DNA of 51,298 nt, the filler included, from Bipalium vagum (Eukaryota): the NCBI GenBank assembly GCA_037834085.1. It is 3 parts of 3 records of this genome, joined end to end, with 100 filler letters (N's around TTAATTAATTAA, not from the genome) between each part and the next. Parts side by side here need not be neighbours in the genome. Positions count along the whole stretch, not along the records: positions 17,245 to 34,106 come from JBBMKC010089757.1; positions 34,207 to 51,298 come from JBBMKC010079074.1; 1 more part is not named here. One strand, given 5' to 3'. A program made the translations under genes and the position numbers. This document shows positions 26,101-35,111 of this stretch, in pieces. Below the pieces are notes generated by a model. That model saw only the letters and a list, made by a program, of their open reading frames with translations, was not told where the DNA came from and did no database searches. Each line of letters begins with the position of its first letter. Within the stretch, counting starts at the first letter, position 1.

Positions 26101-29100
26101 ACGAATGCTTTTTTCCAAATGGAATTTATAGTTTTACAATTTTTTATGGAAACTATTTGAAATAAATAAAAATTTTGTATTTCTTATTTATTTTCGTTGC
26201 TTTTCTATTGGTTTGTGCGAAAACCTAAAAAATTCAGATAATAAAACAAGTTTTGGCTTACAAAGTGAAGTGTACGAATACCTTTTTCATCACTATATTT
26301 ACCAAATACTTTTAGTGTATTGGTGTTTATAAAAAGTGAAATGTCTCTTTGGTGGACAGGGAATTAAGGAAAATGTGTGAGTGCCAAGACGCACCACTAT
26401 ATTACGAAGATCCTCGAAGGAAGAAATTTCATTAAGGTAACTCTGATATAAGACATTCAAGAAGCTTTGAAGTACATAAAGAGACGAATAAGCCTACTGA
26501 TGCATGAAGAAGATGCATGAGTTAGTGAATAAAATACTTACACACACTGAGGAGAAAATAAATAAGAAAAGCAAATTATGAACAAGTAATAATAATGTTA
26601 GAGAAGTGGACAACTGAAATGGAGTTCATAGTTACAGAGAGAATTACTGAGTAAGAAGGATCCAAAATTTACTGACAAGGTCACTCATGTTTTTGTTTTT
26701 ACTTCTCGTTTTCTTCCCAGACTAACTTAAAGCTAATCGATTATTAATCATATTTTTAAATTTTCCTATAACATTTTCTTAACGAATCTATGAATCATTA
26801 GTCAAATATCTTCAGGGCACCAGTCTTAGTGGCCGTGGCTCTCATGGAGCTGGGAATGCATTGTGAAGATGCAATTGAACTGATACGCAGGTAATTAATT
26901 TTTTTCCGTAATATTAAAAATTTCTTACAAAGCTCAAATTCTTTTTTTGCATTGATTTTTCACAAAATATTTATACTGAATTTAAAAAGCTTAAATTTTA
27001 TTTTAAATGATTATCTGACATAAATTATAATTTTTACTTTTACCAATATTTTTTTTGGAAAGTTAAATACTTACTTACATTGCATTATTAAATTTTATTC
27101 AATATTATTTTTCGATTCAGTATTCAACTTTAATTCAAATTAATTTTTTTGGTTCGCCAAAGGCACGACTCTGATGGACCGCAGTAAAGGCTGAACGATA
27201 AAATAATAATAATTATAATAATAATATAATATTAATAATTATAAAAGAACTTCTTAATTAATAATACTAATTTTATAATAATAGAATTAATTATAGAAAA
27301 ATAATCAAATTTTAACGTCTATTATTAATGGGTTCCTATAGTTTTTTAGTGTGTTTCCCGCGCATAAACATTAGTGGTCGTTGCCCAATATATATAAGAC
27401 TAAGTCCTCGACGAACTGAGGCAAAAAAGAGAATTATCTTTGAAAAATTATTTGTTGAAGAATCTCTAAGTTTTGTCAAGTTCATTTTAGTCTGAAGTAT
27501 TTCCAGGTGTTTGTCAAATGCTTATTTCCAATATTAGATATGATTACATAACTGGTCCGTTCGAGCTCAGGAATATGTGTGAGGTATTTGTTTTTGGAGT
27601 TTGATTGTTGAGTGATTGTGAAAATTGTTGACATAATTTAAGGGTGTACCTTCAGATATTATTCAATAAAAGTATTAGTTTTGTTTTATTTTGTGAGCTC
27701 AGGAATGAGACTTAACCCAAGGTAACTTCATTTAGTTTAGGTGTGTTAAGGGTTTGGTTGGCCTACTGGAGATCTGATTGAATACTCCATTTATCTTGAA
27801 GATGAGGTTTTGTAAAATAACGCCATTTAATTATCCATTTCAGTAACGAGTCTCATTTTCTCCAGGTAATTGATGCATTGCTCGCATTTATTTATAAAAT
27901 TTTAAAATGAATAATTAAGAGAATGGTTGCTAGTATGATGATAAAATCAAAGACAGGACAATGGTTGATTGGTAAAATTCTATCAGGTATTATAACATCA
28001 GTAGATGTTTGATTGTGAAAAATGATTAATCTTAAACACAATTTTTGATAAAATAATAATTGTTTTATTTCCATTTTAGCATATTTCCAATTAATAACAA
28101 ATCAAATTCTTCAACAAAAATGGAAATTATCAGACCAAGTATTCCACCGGCAACAATTACCCTACCGGCATTCGTACTAATGGACGAAAAGGAGATCCTA
28201 AGAATTAAAGAAAAGGCGGAGCTGAATTTACCATTACTTTGTATGGTAAACATCAGCGAAGCCGAAGAAAAGGATATCAAGGCAAAGTTGGATTACACCA
28301 ACCAATTGAAGATGGGGATCAAATATTTCCAAGGAGTTACCGTAATCACCAATAAATTAAAACATGCCAGGATAGAGGATATAGGCACCTGATATGTGCT
28401 AGGAAAGGAATCTTAGGATTGAGCCTAACCGAGTTAGCTCAATATTGTAGGTCCGCAGTGAAATTACAGATTACCTGCATGGACCAGGCCCAAATAATTG
28501 AGAAAGGAGCAGGTATCACTGCTGGACTAATGGTTCCAGGGAGCAGTTATGCAAAAGTCATTCTGCCCGGATCTCTTATCCCAGAAGTAATTATCGTAGC
28601 AGCTGGAAACCTGCTAATCGATATAATAAGGGAGTCCGATGAAGATTGGGAACTGAGGGAACATCCAAACCATAATTGGCCCATAATCTCATTAGGAGCA
28701 AAAGTCATTCTACCCGGATCTCTTATCCCAGAAGTAATTATCGTAGCAGCTGGAAACCTGCTAATCGATATAATAAGGGAGTCTGATGAAGATTGGGAAC
28801 TGAGGGAACATCCAAACCCTAATTGGCCCATAATTCCATTAAGAGCCTGGTAGAAGAAAGAGGCTTATGTGGATCCGAGTCTCTCCCAACTTGAACAAGA
28901 AAAGAAAGTTTTAATTTTGGATATTAGAACTTGAATCACCAGGTTCTCCAATCGAAAGGCACCTTTGGTGGCGACAATAGTTACGCCAGAAGGTAGCCTA
29001 ATCCATCAAGCTATAATTACTCCCAGAGCTCTAGTGTCGATGAGCACGAAATGGATGAGAACAAAGTTTTTGGCCAATTGGACGAGTACCAGAATAGAAC

Positions 29101-31406
29101 TCTCGTCCAAAACTACATAGAAGGAAAAATAGTAGTTGAGTACGACATACCATATATGCTGGATGCCGTCGCCATACATCGATCATGAATCAGAGATGTC
29201 CGCAATCTGGCAACGATTCCCTTGGCCAGGTTATATAAACGGATCAACTCCAGAAGTAATGGGACATTTCCACTGTCTGCCATAGCACAAGAGTATGGTC
29301 AATACAAAATGGCAAGACAAAGAGGGAAATTTATCCCAACAGCAGACGCATATATTATTAAAAGAATATGGGTCTACGTCAGGGACAGATGGTATGAGTA
29401 AGAAGAAAAGGAAGAAAGAAAAAGACCAAAACCAGAAGAACCCAAGGAAAAGACTCCATCAAAAACAATATTACAGGAAGAAGAAATAGCTACAGGATGT
29501 TCAAATTTGACAAGAATAATTGTTAACACCCTGCACAAGAGTGTAACGGAAAAGGAAGAAAAGGCAAAGGAGCCAGAAAGGAATTCGTTAAGAATGCCCA
29601 GTCTTACAGTAGTACTACCGACGGACATCGACGCTACATCCAGTCGACAAAGGAACCACGGTAGTGAAAACCAGAGAACACTGGAATTGGGATGCAAGTA
29701 GCACGGGTGGCATTACGGAGGAGGACAAACCAAGAAGGAAGGTTCATGGTGAAAGAGTCACAGTGATAATACCATAACGGACATCAAGATTAGGGTCAAT
29801 GAAAAGACCAAGGAAATCCGAAACACCAGTAGAAGTGAGGGAAACCGAAGTAAGCAGAAACCCCACGGATAAACCTAGAAGAACGTATCAAGACACTGGT
29901 CAATAAGGCAATCGATGATAACATCGAAAATATCAAACTCAGATGAAAAGAAGATTACTAAATGAAGAACAAAAAACAGCAACAGAACCAAACTGGGACC
30001 AAGAGCTTGGATATCGGGATAAAATATCATTAATGGAAGAAGAAGATGTCCCAAGCCAGATCAAGTTCAGCTGCAGGACAAAAAAGTCAAAAATATAGAG
30101 ATCTTTAGTTCACTAGAAGAACTAACTGATCTCTTGAAAAAAATTGAATGGGAATATATCCGGGTAAAGAGAAGCGGCAAGCGGTATAATTTAATCAATG
30201 GCAATCTACCAAACCGAGAGAAGAAACATACCAACCCAACTACAACCAATGCAGAGACAACGGCAACCAATCCAATGCCGCCGACGACGGATGAGCCGAA
30301 GAAGACGAAGAAGAAGCAACCGGAACTCATAATTTTGGACTACTGACATTCTATTCTTTTGTGATCCATTTTGACAATCATATTCTTGACATCTTATTAA
30401 CATCTAATTGATATCTTTGTTGTTATTGTTGTTTATTTTTATTAACTAATAAATTTTAGTAAATGTATTTTTTAGGAATGTTGTTTATCACCGGATTATG
30501 ATAATTTTATTTTTGCTGACCAAGTTTTCCCCTGGCAGTATAGGTAGCAGTATAGTAGATTTATTTTGTTGAACATAGTAAAATTTGTATAATAATCCAC
30601 CGACATATTAATAAGGTGACATAATAACGAGATTTGACTGTATTAGAAAGTCAATAACATTTACTAACTTGTACACTAATTACTAAAAAAACTAATAATT
30701 TTTTGAAATTTCCGAATTTTAATTTTAAAAATTTATTTAATATCGATTTTTTGTATAGCGATAATAAGTAAAAATAAAAATTGAATTTACGAGTTTTAAA
30801 ATTGGTGTAATGTAAGTTTTTGACTTTGGTAATGCACCCTAGAAGCAGAATTATAGAAAGAATGCATCATGAAATACTTCGTATGGACAGCAATAGAATC
30901 TCATCAAGTTCTTTTGGATTCGTGCCTTTAAATTCATTTAATTATAATCAGTAATTTTTTGATCCAAACATGAACCCACCTACCAATGCTTAGTTATCCT
31001 TTGGGACCATTTAATGGAACATCCCACTGGAAACTAAAATTTTTTAAATTGAACCGACTTGGTTACACTTACACAGATCTTCTCGTTTAGAAATCTTTTT
31101 AATAATTTCTTGTCATATTCATGAACCGATAGATAAACATAACTAATTTATGTATCAACTTAATTGGGATTTTGAAAAGATAATTTTTAAACAAAATTAT
31201 TGCAACAAAGACACGATTGAAATATATAACGAAACAAAAAATTATGGAAAAACTATAAAATTATTAAAGAATTTATTTTATGCAAATAAATGTTATTTTT
31301 TTTCAGCAAACGCAAGGGATCATTCAATGAACGTCAGATATCTTACCTCACTCACTATCGACCAAAATCGCGACTAAAGCAGTCGAAAAAATGCTTAATA
31401 ATATAA
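20133..31406 (+). CDS. PTP4A: Phosphatase of regenerating liver (PRL/PTP4A), 5'-partial (last 3 exons)
   Basis: Exons: 20133-20269 (HWEFNDGSPPP...IAVHCIAGFGR), 26816-26890 (APVLVAVALMELGMHCEDAIELIR) and 31307-31406 (KRKGSFNERQISYLTHYRPKSRLKQSKKCLII*). Junctions are GT-AG and phase-consistent. The P-loop CX5R-A, polybasic region and CaaX box are PRL hallmarks. The N-terminal exons are not in this piece. Confidence 0.93.
22770..23052 (-). mobile_element. pogo/Tigger (CENP-B-like) transposon remnant
   Basis: FKRFKTRHSLVFGSISGESGDV...W...YGNKDIFNTDETGL, with a TA|CAGTAGATTTCGCTTATAGAG TIR at 23052. Confidence 0.85.
23090..24247 (+). mobile_element. Near full-length degenerate mariner (cecropia/Hsmar1-like) with both TIRs
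   Basis: TIRs TCGGGTTGACCGACATGAAATGACGG and (reverse complement) CCCGGTTGCTCCACATGAAATGAGG are both TA-flanked. Translation gives RIVTYDEK, WLDADEKLKHVPKQSLRPKKTMITVWLSASGLIHYNFLTSGESITAQSY and AYSPEFYPSDY, with many disablements. Confidence 0.92.
25680..26298 (+). mobile_element. Tc1-like remnant, 3' half with IR/DR-type end
   Basis: FQQDND...SMPRRLQPIINNNGLHTK*. The motif GTGTACGAAT.C.TTTTT occurs at ~26097 and ~26270, the latter ending CACTATA. Confidence 0.8.
28120..30346 (+). pseudogene. Disabled ~740-codon ORF with a DEDDh (REX4/ISG20-like) exonuclease-fold domain and K/E/T/P-rich tail
   Basis: Joining frames across stops and frameshifts gives KKVLILDIRT...LVATIVTPEGSLIHQAIITP...VQNYIEGKIVVEYDIPYMLDAVAIH...IRDVRNLAT...FPLSAIAQEY...FIPTADAYIIKRIW (28900-29370). 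These blocks are collinear with ExoI/II/III of REX4-like nucleases. Confidence 0.6.
28551..28844 (+). repeat. 147-bp in-frame tandem duplication (2 copies)
   Basis: Copies start at 28551 and 28698 and differ at about 6 positions. Confidence 0.97.
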
Positions 31407-33169
31407 GAGTATTGTTTTTAAAAAATGTCCTAAAGTCTTTTGCTGTCTCCTTGGCATTATAATAATTATTGCATAACAGAGACAAATCTTGTTCACGAGG
31501 GCTTGCAGATATAAATATATATACAAAGAAAAAATATTTACATTGATTGATCATTAATGAACCGTTAAATATGATAGCTTAATACGTGACATATGATGTC
31601 ATAAAAAATTTTCAAAGCATGTAAAAATTTGTAAGAAAGTCCCGAGAAATTTCTAACAAAAATATCGATAAATTTTTAATTAAAAATAAAATTTATATTC
31701 TTTTTATGATTTGTGACAAGAAATTTCGACGGTATTGTTTTGAAAAACAACTTTATATTATATATTGATTTTTATAACGATATTTTTTCAATATTATTTT
31801 TAAAAATTGATTGTTCTGTTAATACGTATTGATTTTTAAATTTTAATTTTTTGTCATCAATGTTTTAATGAATTTTTTGATTTAAAATGCCAGTGAAACA
31901 GTCCAATGGACGAAAGATAGATCAATTTATTTTGATCTCGGTATATTTATATAATATATCATTATAAATATATGTGAAAAAATTATCTGTTTTTGTATTT
32001 CAATTATCTGATCTATAAGTATTTTTAATATATTCGACGAAATCAACTTCTATTATGTAATTGATTTTATTTTTTTAGTATTTTATAAAAGAAAAACAGA
32101 TTATATCTGAAAATTTTCACATTATGAGGAAAATGTCATTATAATATAATTAAAAGACCATAATTTGAGTTAAAGTTGATCGTAATAATCAAACCCTGGC
32201 CTAACTCGTTATTTGTATTGGTTATATGATTAGTATGAAAAATAAGATTTATTTATTTATTTAAGGCATATTTATCAATAATAAAACGAACTAAAGTTAT
32301 ACAACACATCAAATATCATTTCAAAATTAGGTACCCTTCTTAGAAAGGTCTTGATCAATTGTCATAAGAATAATATTTTTAATTATAGAAATATTCCTAA
32401 AAACAGAATAAAGTATAATAATTATCATGGAGAAATAAGACAAAATAAACCTTGTCTTAATAAAATTTTTTTAAGCTTAAATAGATATTTGAAAAAATGA
32501 AGATATAATAAGCATCTGGATGGAAAAATTTAATTTTCATTAGATTTTTCATTAATTTTAATGAATTTAATTTTGTGATGGATTAAATTGAAAAAATTAA
32601 AGATATTTTTTTGATTTTAATCATAAAATTCAAATTTTAAAATTTAATTTTATTAAATAAAAAATGTTTTAATTGGAAAAATTAAGATCTTTATGAGTAC
32701 AAGAAAGTTTTTCAAAAATAAATAAGATTGATTATTGCCAATATATTTTTCAAGAAATTAAAACTAAATAATTTATTATGAATATGAAATAAAATCAGAA
32801 AATTTTAATATTTATATAAAATGGTTAAAATATTCAAACATTGTTGATTTTATTATTCTTTTATTTTATTTAAATTTAATTTATATCTATAAATTTTTCA
32901 TAAAACATGATGTAGATTGGCCACAAAAATTTAAAATCTATTTTAATTTGCACATTTATTTTATTATACATGTAGTTATAAACATGTTTTTAAAGGCCGT
33001 AAACCATATGTTTGATTTAAATTTTGATAATTTATAATTTTAAAAATTTTACTTAATATGCTTAACTTTTACTTACTTTCATTTAAGCTTCTGAAGAAAA
33101 TTCTAAATATTCTGCTTCTACATCAAAATCAGTAATTTTATTCCTTTTGAAAAAGAATGGCTAGTGAAG

Positions 33170-33910
33170 ACAAAACTCAACCATAAATTTTATGCACCAT
33201 AATAAACAAATAATAAATTTGTTACTATTATACTAAAACGTAGCAAACGTGTGTTCGTCTGCTCGTGACTCCTCACTTTTTATAACTCGTGTTCTTAGTT
33301 CCTCTCAACCTTTTGGAATTTAAAACACCCTCCAAAATACTGTATCCGCACCCTTAAGAACCAATTCAAAATACTTAAAATAAAACTTTATTTGCAACAA
33401 TTACAACTTCTAAATCAAAACCAGAACGTTACCAATAAAATAAAAATCAAGCTTAACGTTAATACTAAAAAAAACGATCAAAGTAAAAATTAATAATAAT
33501 AACTTAAACGAGAAATAAATAAAAGTATTGATCTCACCAAGAGCGACAAGGGGTCCCCGGGTCACCCTCTAGGCCCTTCTCAGGCAGTCTAGGGGTTCCC
33601 AAGCTCGCTGGATCCCCTTGTAAAAAAACCCGCTGCATCATCAACAGAGAAATAAAATGATTACTGGGTTCGTCTTCGTTTAGTTGCTTTTCGGCTTTTT
33701 CTAGCCATTACCGGGAATAGCCGTCTTCTTTTATATTCTTAGAGATTGGTCTACGATCACCAATCCCTACGCTCAGAGAAGTCTATTTTCCCTAATAGCC
33801 ACTCACTATCTCTACGCCGAGATAGTCTCTTGTCGAGGCTAATGGATTCCTGTCAGGAAATCCATTTGCCTGATCTCATGAAAAATCCTCAAGGCAGGAT
33901 TTTGCCATTA
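33170..33910 (-). mobile_element. LTR-like module with hairpin array (unclassified)
   Basis: On the minus strand, in order: hairpin array, CCAAT, TATAAAAG (~33735-33728), GC-rich stem-loop, then AATAAA (33392-33387) and a T-rich tract. The inverted repeats are directly visible; the element class is inferred. Confidence 0.45.
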
Positions 33911-34106
33911 AAAATTTATAAAAAATATTTTCTTTAAAGAAAAATTTTATTATCATTATTATTAATTAAAATCATTCTTCCAAAATCATTATTATTAGTA
34001 TTATTATTCAATGATTATTGTTATTATTCTTAAGTCTCTTAAAATTGGAGCTAAAACTAAGAGCTTAACGGGTAGAAGGTTATTTTTATGCGTGAACGAA
34101 ATATGA

Positions 34107-34206
34107 NNNNNNNNNNNNNNNNNNNNNNNNNNNNNNNNNNNNNNNNNNNNTTAATTAATTAANNNNNNNNNNNNNNNNNNNNNNNNNNNNNNNNNNNNNN
34201 NNNNNN
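34107..34206. other. Artificial assembly spacer (44 N + TTAATTAATTAA + 44 N)
   Basis: Identical to 17145-17244. Confidence 0.95.
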
Positions 34207-35111
34207 TTTAAAGTAGATAAACTATACAAATAAATCTTTAAATGTGAATGTTGTTTAATGTTAGGTAAATCTTCCTAATTTGAACAGAAGGCAAAACTCA
34301 GCAAGAAAAAAATCTTTTGTGAAAAAAATCTTTCAAAGTTCCTTCCTATATGAATTTCAATAGAGGTGGTAAAGAAGTGATTTAGTGTCATAGTATCAAC
34401 TAATGTGATTCAGTACTTCAGTTATCATATTGGTCGTTTTCCTTCTCTATAAACTTTCTAATGAATAGTTACTTATGGGGTCACCAGGTTTTGTCATGAA
34501 CACTCTATATCAAGGTGAATGTCAGCCTTGAAGAAAGTTCGAAATCTCGAACCGAGTATCTAGACCTGAAGTCACTGGTTTTACAGACATTGTCCTTTGG
34601 TGGGATAATGATTGTTATGGGCTTACAATTTAATAAGACAAAATCCAATTTGGGTAAATCTTCAGATACATTTAAATAAATTAATTTTATAATTTTTTTA
34701 AGACTGTTGGTTTAATTAAAAAATGTTTTAGTAATATGATTTTTATTTTTGTTACAGCTAATTATTAATCTGAAACATTTTATTTTACATGTATATCAAC
34801 TTCCAAAAGATTTTTATTGTATTATAATTTTACTATATTTTATGAGCTTAACGAAATATTAATATATTTAATAAAATGGTTAATTTATTTAGATTAACAA
34901 TCAAACTTAAACTTTCTGCTAAAAATTAAAATTAACAATAAATTATAAAGGAAATAATTTCTAGAGTATCATAATTTTAACTATTAGTTTTGATTACTTT
35001 CTAAACACTTTGATTTATAAAGATTAGTTAATAATGCTTGTTTTTATATTTCGTTTTAATAAAAAATAAGTTGTAAATAAGAATTTTGAATTATTCAAAA
35101 TATTTTTGAAA

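Larger units (their letters stand above)
27140..30460 (+). mobile_element. Unclassified decayed insertion in PRL intron: LTR-like leader plus cargo gene
   Basis: GC-elevated block with CCAAT/TATA (27386-27398), AATAAA (27665), splice-donor-like sites, an acceptor at 28078-79, a long disabled ORF, and AATAAA at 30448. The termini are not defined. Confidence 0.55.

Noticed and set aside
26340-26680. Possible RTE-like LINE 3' remnant (KILEGR)
   Set aside because: Too decayed to support beyond one short motif.
27169-27200. CTGATGG...GAAC hammerhead-like string
   Set aside because: It lacks A9 and GAAA, and has no convincing stem II.
12322-31406. TAT and PRL as a divergent or nested gene pair
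   Set aside because: They are separated by an artificial spacer, so adjacency is not supported.
33590-33612. GTTCCCAAGCTC resembling the twister ribozyme L4 loop
   Set aside because: No UAA cleavage-site element or correctly placed GAGGG pseudoknot partner could be fitted by eye.
33690-33905. Hairpin array as a CRISPR array or tyrosine-recombinase sites
   Set aside because: There is no repeated direct-repeat unit, the arms are unrelated to one another, and the context is eukaryotic.
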